Below, piece after piece: positions 9,406 through 19,043 of a stretch of 64,000 bases of DNA. Location of the stretch: NCBI GenBank assembly GCA_038525525.1, contig JBCBHO010000003.1, positions 572,165 through 636,164 of the forward strand, given 5' to 3'. The number at the start of each line of letters is the position of its first letter. Position 1 is the first letter of the stretch. The DNA is from Pseudomonadota bacterium (GTDB taxonomy: Bacteria > Pseudomonadota > Alphaproteobacteria > Rhodobacterales > Rhodobacteraceae). Position numbers and translations under genes: made by a program. The notes beneath the pieces are model-generated. The model did no database searches. It was not told the origin of the DNA and saw only the letters and a program-made list of their open reading frames with translations.

Positions 9406-10886
9406 CGGTCCTCCGCGATCGCCGCGGCCACGTGCGCTGCGGAGAGGGTCGCCATGGGCACGCCCGCCCCCGGGTGGGTTCCGCCGCCCACGAGGTAAAG
9501 GCCCCGGAGCTTCGTCCGCGCTGTCGGGCGCGCGAAGGCCGCCATCATCCCATGCGGGCTCTGCCCGTAGAGGGATCCTGCCGATCCGGGGAAGAGCGCC
9601 TCCCACCCCCGGGGTGTCGTCAGCGCGCCGTCGGGTGGCGAGCTCTCGAAGGTCAACCCGAATTGGGCGAGGGTTCGAAGCATCCGTTGGCGACATGTGT
9701 CGATCTCCTTTGCGGCAGGAAAGTCGGCGTCCGCGCGCGGATCGAGCGGCGCGGCGTTCATGATGATCTCGAAGCGCTCGAGGGGCGGTGGGGTGAGCCC
9801 TGTCCCGCGATCCTCGGCGCAAATGTAGAAAGTGGCATCCTCGGGCATCTCGCCCCGCGCCAGCGCGCCGAACTCCGCGGCCGGATCAGCGGCGAAAAAG
9901 ACGTTGTGGTGCACGAGCTCGGGCCCCTCGGCTGCGGCAGCGAAAGCCCAGACACGCGCGGAGAGGCTGCGCCTTTCCAATGGGGCCGCGTCGAGAGCCT
10001 TGGCCGCCGACGGGCCGAGATGCCCGGTGGCCAAGGCGCGAGGATCGCCGTTGAAGACGGCCTCCGTGCACGGGTGCCTCCCGTCGCGGGTGTGGACCGC
10101 GCTCACGCTGCCATCCTGCACCTCCACGCGCGTGACCTCGGCACGGGTTCGAAACGTCACGCCGTGGGCTTCGGCCAGCCGCCGAAGAGAGAGGGCAAGC
10201 TGATGCATGCCCCCCTTGACGCGCCAGACCCCTGCCGCCTCGGAATGCGAAATGAGCGAGAGGATCGCCGGGGACTTAAAGGGCGAGCCGCCCACATAGG
10301 TGGCGTAGCGGCCGAAGAGCTGGCGCAGATGGGGATCGCTGAAGTCGCGCGCGAGCGTTTGCGCCAGCGTTCGGGCCGGGGCCATGGCCCGGATCAGGCC
10401 GGGGTCTTGCAGCACCCGTCCCGTCAGCGCGAGCGGGCGCGGGGACGCCGTCTGCATCATGGGGGCGTCGAAGGCCGCGAAGAGGCGTTCCGCCTTGCGA
10501 GCAAAGCGCTCGTAGTCGCTGCGCGCACGCGCGCCAAAGACGCCGCCGATCTCTTCCGCCGAACGCGCCCTGTCCTGCCAGAGGTCGAGCGCCGCGCCGT
10601 CCCGCCACCAATGGCGCGCGAGGTGCGGCTCCGGCACGAGCGTGATGTGATCCTCGAGATTCTCGCCGATATCGGCGAAAAGCGCGTCGAAAACAGGCTT
10701 CATCGTGAGAACGGTGGGGCCCGTATCCACGGGGCCTGCCTCGGAGGGCAGGACGCGCATCTTACCACCCACTTCCGCGGCGCGCTCCAGCACCAGCACC
10801 CGGCGACCGAGCGCGCGGAGCCTCAGGGCTGCGGCGAGCCCGCCGATACCGGCGCCAATGATGATGGTGCGCTGGTGCGCGTTCAT
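9348..10886 (-). CDS. crtD: methoxyneurosporene/hydroxyneurosporene desaturase
   Basis: 512 aa CrtI-family paralog (IIIGAGIGGLAAA) in the crtD position, divergent from crtE. Confidence 0.9.
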   Translation of the reverse strand: MNAHQRTIIIGAGIGGLAAALRLRALGRRVLVLERAAEVGGKMRVLPSEAGPVDTGPTVLTMKPVFDALFADIGENLEDHITLVPEPHLARHWWRDGAALDLWQDRARSAEEIGGVFGARARSDYERFARKAERLFAAFDAPMMQTASPRPLALTGRVLQDPGLIRAMAPARTLAQTLARDFSDPHLRQLFGRYATYVGGSPFKSPAILSLISHSEAAGVWRVKGGMHQLALSLRRLAEAHGVTFRTRAEVTRVEVQDGSVSAVHTRDGRHPCTEAVFNGDPRALATGHLGPSAAKALDAAPLERRSLSARVWAFAAAAEGPELVHHNVFFAADPAAEFGALARGEMPEDATFYICAEDRGTGLTPPPLERFEIIMNAAPLDPRADADFPAAKEIDTCRQRMLRTLAQFGLTFESSPPDGALTTPRGWEALFPGSAGSLYGQSPHGMMAAFARPTARTKLRGLYLVGGGTHPGAGVPMATLSAAHVAAAIAEDRTLTSTSRRTAMHGGMSTA

Positions 10887-10926
10887 GCGGACCTCCCTCA
10901 GCCAATGTTGACTTTAGACAGCAAAG

Positions 10927-10944
10927 TGTCCAGTTTAATTTACA
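10927..10944. promoter_or_regulatory. PpsR/CrtJ-type palindrome TGT-N12-ACA (crtD/crtE divergent region)
   Basis: TGTCCAGTTTAATTTACA. A degenerate neighbour, TGTTGACTTTAGACAGCA, lies about 20 nt upstream. Confidence 0.65.
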
Positions 10945-11006
10945 GTTGCGTTGTCTGCTTGGGCTGACGCACCCCTATCGCCTGATAGATCCAGGGAGAT
11001 CGCCGC

Positions 11007-11879
11007 ATGGAACAGCGAATCGAGGCCGCCATCGCCGCGGCCATCCGGATCGGGCAGGGGGCGGGTGCTGTCCCCGCCCGGCTATCTGCCGCGCTGGACT
11101 ACGCCGTGACGCCAGGCGGGGCGCGGATCCGACCCACCATTCTGACATCCGTGGCCATGGCCTGCGGAGATGATGCGCCGGAGATCACCGATGCCGCTGC
11201 CGCGGCGCTCGAGCTGATCCATTGCGCCTCCCTTGTCCATGACGACATGCCCTGCTTCGACGACGCGGATATGCGGCGCGGTAAGGCATCGGTCCATCGC
11301 GCCTTTTCCGAGCCGCTGGCGCTCCTCACGGGCGACAGCCTGATCGTGCTGGCATTTGAAATTCTCGGGCGTGCTGCCCCTCGCGATCCCTTGCGTGCTG
11401 CCCACCTGACGGTCGCCCTCGCGCAGCGGACGGGCATGCCCCATGGCATTTGCGCGGGGCAGGGCTGGGAGAGTGAGGCCGAGGTGGATCTCGATGCCTA
11501 TCACCGTGCCAAGACCGGCGCGCTCTTCATCGCTGCAACGCAGATGGGGGCCATCGCTGCCGGGCAGGATCCGGAGCCTTGGGAAGAGCTCGGTGCGCGA
11601 ATCGGGCAGAGCTTCCAGATCGCTGACGATCTGCGCGACGCGCTCTATGACGAGACGGCGCTGGGCAAGCCCGCGGGGCAGGATGACCTGCATGGACGCC
11701 CCAACGCTGTCTCGATGCTCGGTGTCAAAGGGGCCATCGCGAAGCTCGATGACACGCTCGCCGGGGCCATCGCATCGATCCCGCACTGCGCTGGCGAGGC
11801 GATGCTGGCCGAGATGGTGCGGCGGTATGCCGAGCGGCTGACCCCGCTCTTCGCCGCAGCGCGCACCGCCGCCGAATAG
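11007..11879 (+). CDS. crtE: geranylgeranyl diphosphate synthase
   Basis: 290 aa polyprenyl synthase with two Asp-rich motifs (LVHDDMPCFDD, FQIADDLRD). Confidence 0.92.
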   Translation: MEQRIEAAIAAAIRIGQGAGAVPARLSAALDYAVTPGGARIRPTILTSVAMACGDDAPEITDAAAAALELIHCASLVHDDMPCFDDADMRRGKASVHRAFSEPLALLTGDSLIVLAFEILGRAAPRDPLRAAHLTVALAQRTGMPHGICAGQGWESEAEVDLDAYHRAKTGALFIAATQMGAIAAGQDPEPWEELGARIGQSFQIADDLRDALYDETALGKPAGQDDLHGRPNAVSMLGVKGAIAKLDDTLAGAIASIPHCAGEAMLAEMVRRYAERLTPLFAAARTAAE

Positions 11880-11891
11880 CGAGGCGGCCCC

Positions 11892-13031
11892 GTGAACGAT
11901 ACGCGCCGCATTCCCGTGCCCAAGGACGGCGTCGGCCGCTTTGGCCGTGGTCCGCGCGCGTGGCTTCTCAGGCTCGCGTCGAGCCCAAGGTTTCAGGGGT
12001 TCGCTGCCCGCAATCCCCTTCTCGCTCGCAAGGCGCGCCGTGAGGGCGAGGCGATCTTCGATCTCATTGCGGGCTTCGTGAAATCCCAGGTGCTCTTCGC
12101 CCTCGTCGACATGGACGTGCTGACGCGGTTGAGCCACGGGCCATGCGGTGCAGAGGAGGCGGCGCCGGGCCTTCCGGCGAAGAACGCACGCCTCCTCATG
12201 GATGCCGCCTGCGCCACCGGCCTCGTCTCGAAAGGGCGCGCGGGCTATCGCCTCACCACGCGCGGGGCCGCGTTTCTCGCCGTTCCGGGCGGGCAGGCCT
12301 TGGTCCGCCATCACGCGATCTTTTACCGCGATATGACCGATCCGTCCGCGCTCCTGCGAGGGGAGGCGGCGCCCGAACTCGCGCGCTTCTGGCCCTATGT
12401 ATTCGGTGCGGGGGCCGCCGAGGATCCCGATCAGGCGCGCGCCTACTCCGACCTCATGGCGGACACCCAGCGTCTGGTGGCGGATGACACGCTGCGGATG
12501 GTGGACCTCTCTGGGGCCCTCGAAGTGCTCGATGTGGGTGGCGGCACGGGCGCGTTCCTGACAGCGCTGGGGCAGGCGTGCCACGAGCCTCGGCTCCATC
12601 TTTTCGATCTCCCCGCCGTGGCGCCGGGAGCCGAAAGCAGGTTTCGCGCGGCGGGCCTGTCGCAGCGGGCGCGGATCACGCGGGGCTCCTTTCGCGATGA
12701 CCCGCTCCCTACCGGCGCTGACGTCATCACGCTGGTCCGCGTGCTTTACGACCACGACGATGAAACGGTGCGCGCGCTCCTGGAAAAGGCGCGGTCCGCT
12801 CTCCCGAAGGGGGGCCGCATCGTCATTTCCGAGCCCATGACCGGCGGCGCGCAGCCCCATGTCCCGGGGGATGTCTACTTCGCGTTCTACACGCTGTGCA
12901 TGGAGACGGGTCAGGCCCGCTCTCAGGCGCGTATCGCGGAGCTACTCGCCGGGGCCGGATTCGAGCGCATCGAGACGCCGCCCGCGCGGCGCGCCTTCGT
13001 GACATCCGTGGTGACCGCATTCCGTCGCTGA
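11892..13031 (+). CDS. crtF: demethylspheroidene O-methyltransferase
   Basis: 379 aa O-methyltransferase with the SAM motif VLDVGGGTGAF. It starts at a GTG directly after crtE. Confidence 0.88.
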   Translation: MNDTRRIPVPKDGVGRFGRGPRAWLLRLASSPRFQGFAARNPLLARKARREGEAIFDLIAGFVKSQVLFALVDMDVLTRLSHGPCGAEEAAPGLPAKNARLLMDAACATGLVSKGRAGYRLTTRGAAFLAVPGGQALVRHHAIFYRDMTDPSALLRGEAAPELARFWPYVFGAGAAEDPDQARAYSDLMADTQRLVADDTLRMVDLSGALEVLDVGGGTGAFLTALGQACHEPRLHLFDLPAVAPGAESRFRAAGLSQRARITRGSFRDDPLPTGADVITLVRVLYDHDDETVRALLEKARSALPKGGRIVISEPMTGGAQPHVPGDVYFAFYTLCMETGQARSQARIAELLAGAGFERIETPPARRAFVTSVVTAFRR

Positions 13032-13045
13032 ACCTGACAATTCTT

Positions 13046-13063
13046 TGTCCAGTTCAATTGACA
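13046..13063. promoter_or_regulatory. PpsR/CrtJ palindrome 1 of the bchC promoter
   Basis: TGTCCAGTTCAATTGACA. Confidence 0.75.
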
Positions 13064-13071
13064 TACCGATG

Positions 13072-13089
13072 TGTAAGGTTAGACTGACA
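13072..13089. promoter_or_regulatory. PpsR/CrtJ palindrome 2 of the bchC promoter
   Basis: TGTAAGGTTAGACTGACA, 8 bp after palindrome 1. This is the tandem arrangement known for the Rhodobacter bchC promoter. Confidence 0.75.
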
Positions 13090-13159
13090 CTCACAGCCAG
13101 GCCCCCGCTCCGAGTCCCGACTCGCTAGCGCGCGGCACGACGACAAGGGAGCACGACCC

Positions 13160-14098
13160 GTGCACACAACCGCCGTTCTTATGTCCGAGCCAGGCAGGCT
13201 TGGGCTTGAGACCGTGGCCCTCAAGGCCCCGGACGCGGGGGACGTCGTCGTCGAGATTGCGCATTCCGCGATATCGACCGGCACGGAAAAGCTCTTCTAT
13301 TCCGGTGACATGCCGCCCTTCCCGGGCTCTGGCTTTCCGCTCGTGCCCGGCTACGAGGCCACTGGCGCGGTTGTCGAAACCAGCCCCGGCACGGGCCTTT
13401 CCGTGGGCGATACCGTCTTTGTCCCGGGCGCGGATTGCTACGACGGTGCCTTCGGGCTTTTCGGCGGCGCGACGAAACGTTTGGTGACGCCAGCCGCCCG
13501 CGCCGTGAAAATCGATTCTACCATGGGGGCGTCAGGTGCCCTCTTGGCGCTCGCCGCCACGGCGCGCCACGCCCTCGCCGCGCCCGGTGCCGCGCTGCCC
13601 GACCTCATCGTCGGGCACGGCACGCTGGGCCGGCTCTTGGCGCGGCTCACGATCATCGCCGGTGCGCCCGCGCCCGCGGTCTGGGAGATCAATCCCTCGC
13701 GCCGGGGCGCGCGCGACTACGACGTCATCGACCCCGCCAAGGACGAGCGCCACGACTACCGCGCGATCTACGATGCCTCCGGGCAGGGCGCGCTTCTCGA
13801 CACGTTCATCTCGCGCCTCGCCAAGGGCGGCGAGATCACGCTCGCGGGCTTCTACAGCGCGCCGCTTTCATTCGCCTTTCCCTCCGCCTTCCTCAAGGAA
13901 GCACGCCTGCGCGTGGCAGCGGAATGGGACAAGGCCGACCTCGACGCCGTGCGCAGCCTCATCGACAGTGGCGCGCTCGACCTCGACGATCTGATCACCC
14001 ATCGCGCCGCCGCAACGGACGCTAAAGGGGCCTACGAGACCGCGTTCAGCGATCCCGCCTGCCTCAAGATGACCCTCGACTGGAGCGATATCGCATGA
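13160..14098 (+). CDS. bchC: bacteriochlorophyllide a dehydrogenase
   Basis: 312 aa zinc-type alcohol dehydrogenase family protein. It has a GTG start with AAGGGAG 8 nt upstream and lies first in bchCXYZ. Confidence 0.9.
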   Translation: MHTTAVLMSEPGRLGLETVALKAPDAGDVVVEIAHSAISTGTEKLFYSGDMPPFPGSGFPLVPGYEATGAVVETSPGTGLSVGDTVFVPGADCYDGAFGLFGGATKRLVTPAARAVKIDSTMGASGALLALAATARHALAAPGAALPDLIVGHGTLGRLLARLTIIAGAPAPAVWEINPSRRGARDYDVIDPAKDERHDYRAIYDASGQGALLDTFISRLAKGGEITLAGFYSAPLSFAFPSAFLKEARLRVAAEWDKADLDAVRSLIDSGALDLDDLITHRAAATDAKGAYETAFSDPACLKMTLDWSDIA

Positions 14099-15093
14099 AG
14101 GACGTCCCCAATCTCAAGGACTTCTCGACCCGCCTCCGCGAAGAAGCGAACGAGGATCTGGCCGACGTCATCACCGACGAGCCCACCAAGAAGACGCAGA
14201 TCATCGCGATCTACGGCAAGGGTGGCATCGGCAAATCCTTCACGCTCGCCAATCTCAGCCACATGATGGCCGAGCAGGGCAAGCGCGTCCTGCTCATCGG
14301 TTGCGACCCGAAATCGGACACGACCTCGCTCCTCTTCGGGGGCAAGGCCTGCCCCACGATCATCGAGACCTCCACGAAGAAGAAGCTCGCGGGCGAGGAA
14401 GTCGCCGTCGGCGACGTCTGTTTCAAACGCGGCGGCGTCTTCGCCATGGAGCTCGGCGGGCCCGAGGTGGGCCGTGGCTGCGGCGGGCGCGGCATCATCC
14501 ACGGCTTCGAGACGCTGGAAAAGCTCGGCTTCCACGATTGGGATTTCGACTACGTGCTCCTCGATTTCCTGGGCGACGTGGTATGCGGCGGCTTCGGCTT
14601 GCCCATCGCGCGCGACATGGCCCAAAAAGTGATCCTCGTCGGATCGAACGACCTCCAGAGCCTCTACGTCGCCAACAATGTCTGCTCGGCGGTGGAGTAT
14701 TTCCGCAAGCTCGGCGGCAATGTCGGCGTGGCCGGTCTCGTCATCAACAAGGACGATGGATCGGGCGAGGCGCAAGCCTTTGCCAAGGCCGTGGACATCC
14801 CCGTTCTCGCGTCCATTCCGCAGGACGACGACCTGCGCAAGAAATCCGCCAATTACCAGATCGTCGGCACCGCCGAGAGCCAGTGGGGCGCCTTGTTCGC
14901 CGAGCTGGGGCTCAACGTTGCCGAGGCCCCGCCGGTGCGCCCGCAGCCCCTCACCCAAGATGGATTGCTTGACCTTTTTGATGGCTCGGACACCGGCGCG
15001 GGCGTGGTTCTGGAGCCTGCCACCGACGCGGACATGCGTGGCAAGAACGCCGCGCCGAAAGTGTCGCTCGAGGTGGTCTACGACGATGCGTGA
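14095..15093 (+). CDS. bchX: chlorophyllide a reductase iron protein subunit X
   Basis: 332 aa NifH/BchL-like protein ([17 protein letters not shown]). It has an ATGA overlap with bchC. Confidence 0.96.
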   Translation: MKDVPNLKDFSTRLREEANEDLADVITDEPTKKTQIIAIYGKGGIGKSFTLANLSHMMAEQGKRVLLIGCDPKSDTTSLLFGGKACPTIIETSTKKKLAGEEVAVGDVCFKRGGVFAMELGGPEVGRGCGGRGIIHGFETLEKLGFHDWDFDYVLLDFLGDVVCGGFGLPIARDMAQKVILVGSNDLQSLYVANNVCSAVEYFRKLGGNVGVAGLVINKDDGSGEAQAFAKAVDIPVLASIPQDDDLRKKSANYQIVGTAESQWGALFAELGLNVAEAPPVRPQPLTQDGLLDLFDGSDTGAGVVLEPATDADMRGKNAAPKVSLEVVYDDA

Positions 15094-15153
15094 GCGCCTG
15101 ATCCTCCAGGCCCTTGGCGGCGCAATGACCCGGGCAGAGGCCCAGGGCGGATC

Positions 15154-16752
15154 GTGCGCGCCGTGAGTTTCGAGGTCAAATACGACGTGGCCGATGAGGC
15201 CCGTGTGGACGCCGTGACCGAGCGCGAGAGCCCGCTGGCACTCGACCGCGCACCGGCCCTGCCGAGCGATCCCGCTGCGCCTGTGGGCTGCCATTCCTCC
15301 GCCGACAGGATGGAGGCCGAGGCGCGCGCCAACGGAAATTCTGAGATGCTCGAGCGCTTTGCCGAGGACTATCCACAGGGCCCGCACGACAAGCCCCAAA
15401 GCATGTGCCCGGCCTTCGGCTCGCTCCGCGTGGGGCTCCGGATGCGGCGGGTCGCGACCGTGCTCTCCGGGTCTGCCTGCTGCGTATACGGGCTCACCTT
15501 CATCAGCCATTTCTACGGCGCCCGGCGCTCGGTGGGCTACGTGCCGTTCAACTCGGAGACGCTGGTGACCGGCAAGCTCTTCGAGGACATCCGCGACAGC
15601 GTCTACAAGATGGCCGACCCCGAGAAGTTCGATGCCATCGTCGTCACGAACCTCTGCGTGCCGACGGCCTCGGGCGTTCCGCTCAGGCTCTTGCCCAACG
15701 AGATCAATGGCGTGCGCGTGGTGGGCATCGATGTGCCGGGCTTCGGCATCCCCACCCATGCGGAGGCCAAGGATGTCCTCGCCGGCGCGATGCTCAATTT
15801 CGCCCGTCAGGAGATCGAGGCGGGCCCCGTGCCCGCGCCCGAGAAGGCGCGCGATGGGCGGCCCACGGTCACGCTTCTGGGCGAGATGTTTCCTGCGGAC
15901 CCGATGATGATCGGCGCGATGCTCGCCCCGCTCGGCCTTGCCGCCGGGCCGGTTGTGCCCTGCCGCGAATGGCGGGAGCTTTACAGCGCGCTCGATTGCG
16001 GCGCGGTGGCGGCCATCCATCCGTTCTATACCGCCGCCATGCGCGAATTCACCGCCGCGGGCAAACCAATCGTCGGTTCCGCTCCCGTGGGCTATGACGG
16101 CACCGCGTCCTGGCTCACGGCCATCGGCGAGGCCTTCGGCCTACCCGCGGCGCGGGTGGATGCCGCCAAGACCGCATTCCTGCCCGCCATAAAGGACGCC
16201 CTCGCGCGGACGCCCATCAAAGGGCGCATCACCCTGAGCGGGTATGAAGGCTCCGAGCTCCTTGTCGCGCGCCTCCTTGTCGAGAGCGGTGCCGATCTCC
16301 GCTACGTGGGCAGTGCCTGCCCCAAGACACCCTATTCCGCCGACGATGCTGCGTGGCTCGAGGCCAAGGGCGTCGAGGTCAAGTTCCGCGCCTCGCTCGA
16401 GGATGACTGCGCCGCCATGGAGGCCCACGACCCTGACCTGACCGTCGGCACGACGCCCGTCGTGCAGAAGGCCAAGGAGCGCGCAATCCCCTCGCTCTAT
16501 TACACCAATCTCATTTCTGCGCGGCCTCTCATGGGCCCTGCGGGGGCGGGATCGCTCGCGACGGTCATGAACGCGGCCATGCAGAACCGGGGTCGCATGA
16601 CTCACATGAAGCGTTTCTTCGAGGGCGTGGGCGGCGGCGACACGGCGGGCGTTTGGGAAGGCGCGCCGAACCTGCGGCCCGATTTCCGCGCCGCTCATCA
16701 GAAGAAGCTCGACAAGCAGGCCCGCGCGGCCAAAGCGGCGGAGATGATCTAG
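15154..16752 (+). CDS. bchY: chlorophyllide a reductase subunit Y (start uncertain: GTG 15154 or GTG 15283)
   Basis: The conserved BchY sequence starts around GCHSS...[22 protein letters not shown]. The first ~43 codons of the ORF are not recognisably BchY. Confidence 0.9.
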   Translation: MRAVSFEVKYDVADEARVDAVTERESPLALDRAPALPSDPAAPVGCHSSADRMEAEARANGNSEMLERFAEDYPQGPHDKPQSMCPAFGSLRVGLRMRRVATVLSGSACCVYGLTFISHFYGARRSVGYVPFNSETLVTGKLFEDIRDSVYKMADPEKFDAIVVTNLCVPTASGVPLRLLPNEINGVRVVGIDVPGFGIPTHAEAKDVLAGAMLNFARQEIEAGPVPAPEKARDGRPTVTLLGEMFPADPMMIGAMLAPLGLAAGPVVPCREWRELYSALDCGAVAAIHPFYTAAMREFTAAGKPIVGSAPVGYDGTASWLTAIGEAFGLPAARVDAAKTAFLPAIKDALARTPIKGRITLSGYEGSELLVARLLVESGADLRYVGSACPKTPYSADDAAWLEAKGVEVKFRASLEDDCAAMEAHDPDLTVGTTPVVQKAKERAIPSLYYTNLISARPLMGPAGAGSLATVMNAAMQNRGRMTHMKRFFEGVGGGDTAGVWEGAPNLRPDFRAAHQKKLDKQARAAKAAEMI

Positions 16753-16779
16753 TGGGCGCGCGTTCAGATATCCGCCGCG

Positions 16780-16866
16780 ATGTGCATCTCGTCCCGGGCT
16801 TGACCCGGGACCTCCGCCTCCCGTTGCGGGCAGAGGCCCCGGATCAGGTCCGGGGCGTGGAGGGCG
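16780..16866 (+). repeat. stem-loop repeat element, copy A (bchY|bchZ junction)
   Basis: Hairpins GTCCCGGG-CTTGA-CCCGGGAC (16791-16811) and GCCCCGGA-TCAGG-TCCGGGGC (16836-16856). It shares a 24-nt identical core with the reverse complement of copy C. Confidence 0.8.
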
Positions 16867-16870
16867 TGCC

Positions 16871-18367
16871 ATGCTAGTGCAGGATCACGACCGCGCGGGC
16901 GGATATTGGGGGGCTGTTTATGCGTTCTGCGCCGTCAAGGGCCTGCAATGCGTGATCGACGGTCCGGTGGGCTGCGAGAACCTGCCGGTGACCTCCGTCC
17001 TCCACTACACTGACGGGCTGCCGCCGCACGAGCTGCCCATCGTGGTGACGGGGCTTGGCGAGGAAGAGCTCGGCCGCGACGGCACCGAGGGCGCCATGAA
17101 GCGCGCCTGGGGCACGCTCGACCCCGCCCTCCCGGCCGTGGTGGTAACGGGCTCCATCGCCGAGATGATCGGCGGCGGCGTCACGCCCCAGGGCACCAAT
17201 ATCCAGCGGTTCCTGCCGCGGACGATCGACGAGGATCAGTGGGAATGCGCGGACCGCGCCATGACCTGGATCTTCACTGAATTCGGGCAAACGAAGGGCC
17301 GCATGCCCCGCGAGGCCAAGCGCGAAGAGGGGTCGAAGCCCCGCGTGAACATCCTCGGGCCGATGTACGGCACCTTCAACATGCCCTCCGATCTCGCGGA
17401 GATCCGGCGCCTCGTCGAAGGCATCGGAGCAGAGATCAACATGACCCATCCGCTCGGCGCGCATGTCGCGGAGATGCGGAACCTCGTCAATGCGGACGTC
17501 AATGTCGTGATGTACCGCGAGTTCGGGCGCGGGTTGGCAGAGCTTCTCGGGAAGCCCTACCTTCAAGCGCCCGTCGGGGTCGAGTCCACCACCAAGTTTT
17601 TGCGGACCCTTGGTGAACTCCTCGGACTCGACCCCGAACCTTTCATCGAGCGCGAGAAGCATTCCACGATCAAACCGGTCTGGGATCTCTGGCGCTCGGT
17701 CACGCAGGATTTCTTTGCCACGGCCTCCTTCGGGATCGTGGCGAACGAGACCTATGCGCGAGGGGTTCGAAACTTCCTGGAGCAGGATCTCGGCTTTCCC
17801 TGCGACTTCGCGGTCGCGCGGTGCCGGGGCAAGAAGACCGACAATGACGAGGTGCGCGCGCTTCTGCACGAGAAGAAGCCGCTCATCGTCTTGGGCTCCA
17901 TCAACGAGAAAATGTACATGTCAGAATTGAAGGCAGGCCATGGTCCGCGGCCCGCCTTCATCCCGGCAAGTTTCCCGGGCGCTGCCATCAGGCGGCACGT
18001 GGGCACGCCCTTCATGGGCTATGCCGGGGCCACTTACCTGTTGCAGGAGGTCTGCAACGGGCTCTTCGACGCGCTCTTCCACATCCTGCCGTTGGGCTCG
18101 GAGCTGGACGCGTCCGAGGCGACACCGACGACGCTGAGGAGCGATTTCCCCTGGGACGAAGACGCCCAGCAGGAGCTCGACCGCATCGTCGCCACCTATC
18201 CGATCCTGACCCGGATCTCGGCGGCCAAGGGGCTGCGCGACCGGGCCGAGAAGGCCGCGCTCGATGCCGGTGCCTCCCGCGTTCTGCGGGAGACGGTGGC
18301 CGCGCTCGCGCAGGACAGACCAGAAGACGCGGCGGCAACGACCGCCGAGGAGGGAGTGACCGCATGA
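16871..18367 (+). CDS. bchZ: chlorophyllide a reductase subunit Z
   Basis: 498 aa. The N-terminus [19 protein letters not shown] is typical of BchZ. Confidence 0.95.
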   Translation: MLVQDHDRAGGYWGAVYAFCAVKGLQCVIDGPVGCENLPVTSVLHYTDGLPPHELPIVVTGLGEEELGRDGTEGAMKRAWGTLDPALPAVVVTGSIAEMIGGGVTPQGTNIQRFLPRTIDEDQWECADRAMTWIFTEFGQTKGRMPREAKREEGSKPRVNILGPMYGTFNMPSDLAEIRRLVEGIGAEINMTHPLGAHVAEMRNLVNADVNVVMYREFGRGLAELLGKPYLQAPVGVESTTKFLRTLGELLGLDPEPFIEREKHSTIKPVWDLWRSVTQDFFATASFGIVANETYARGVRNFLEQDLGFPCDFAVARCRGKKTDNDEVRALLHEKKPLIVLGSINEKMYMSELKAGHGPRPAFIPASFPGAAIRRHVGTPFMGYAGATYLLQEVCNGLFDALFHILPLGSELDASEATPTTLRSDFPWDEDAQQELDRIVATYPILTRISAAKGLRDRAEKAALDAGASRVLRETVAALAQDRPEDAAATTAEEGVTA

Positions 18368-18621
18368 CGGACGCAACAAACGACGTGCCTGTCGAAACGC
18401 CCATGGGCGCCAGCGAAAGCGCTATGAGCCGGATCCGGCGCAGCGCGCCCCGGCGCGAGTACTACGCGTATTTCGCGATCATCTTCGTGGCGGCGCTGCC
18501 GCTCTCGTTCCTGACCTGGGCACTCGCCGCCGGTCGCCAGCTCGCGCTGCCGGAGAAGGGCCCCATCGCCCGGGCATGGAGCCAGGCGCGGATCATCACG
18601 CCGATGATCTTCCATGCGTGA
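18364..18621 (+). CDS. pufQ: PufQ
   Basis: 85 aa single-TM protein between bchZ and pufB. The C-terminal [18 protein letters not shown] resembles the Rhodobacter PufQ motif GPFARAW...ITPEIF. It has an ATGA overlap with bchZ. Confidence 0.8.
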   Translation: MTDATNDVPVETPMGASESAMSRIRRSAPRREYYAYFAIIFVAALPLSFLTWALAAGRQLALPEKGPIARAWSQARIITPMIFHA

Positions 18622-18624
18622 GCG

Positions 18625-18680
18625 CCACACGTCCCGGACCTGACCCGGGACCTCGCCCTCCCGACGGGGGCAAAGAACAG
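18625..18680 (+). repeat. stem-loop repeat element, copy B (pufQ|pufB junction)
   Basis: ACGTCCCGGACCTGACCCGGGACCTCGCCCTCCCGACGGGGGCAAAG aligns nearly base-for-base with copy A over ~50 nt. Confidence 0.75.
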
Positions 18681-18872
18681 AATTGGTGGTTGCTGGTCCG
18701 CCTGCCGCCATCACCCATACCCGGGAGCCGCAACGAACGGGTGCCATCGATCTCTCTTCCGGTCCCTCGGGATCTGGGGGGAGGCACCTGACGCGACGTG
18801 TTCTTCGGGGCGCGGCGCGGCGGAACCCGGCCGCGGGGTGCGCGGCGTCAGTCACCTCTCGGAGGTAATACT

Positions 18873-19028
18873 ATGGCTGATAAAACCGACCTGTCCTTCA
18901 CGGGTCTCACGGACGAGCAGGCGCAAGAGCTGCACTCGGTGTATATGAGCGGGCTGACGGTGTTCACCATCGTGGCCGTGGTCGCTCATATCCTGACGTA
19001 CATCAAACTGCCCTGGTTCGCCTGGTAA
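18873..19028 (+). CDS. pufB: light-harvesting 1 beta polypeptide
   Basis: 51 aa: [28 protein letters not shown]...[15 protein letters not shown]. It carries the BChl-binding His, and GGAGG lies 7 nt upstream. Confidence 0.95.
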   Translation: MADKTDLSFTGLTDEQAQELHSVYMSGLTVFTIVAVVAHILTYIKLPWFAW

Positions 19029-19043
19029 AGGGAGCAGAGACAC

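Noticed and set aside
14032-16020. 662-aa minus-strand ORF antisense to bchX/bchY. Similar cases are 11082-12860, 22041-22820, 42688-44001, 44795-46171, 48588-49943, 49721-51805, 55294-56889, 62332-63618 and others.
   Set aside because: All lie opposite strongly supported genes, have biased low-complexity composition and have no recognisable domains.
18682-18872. Small pufK-like ORF or promoter elements in the pufQ-pufB spacer
   Set aside because: Several short ORFs exist in this GC-rich stretch, but none has an SD or recognisable sequence, so I cannot support a call from sequence alone.
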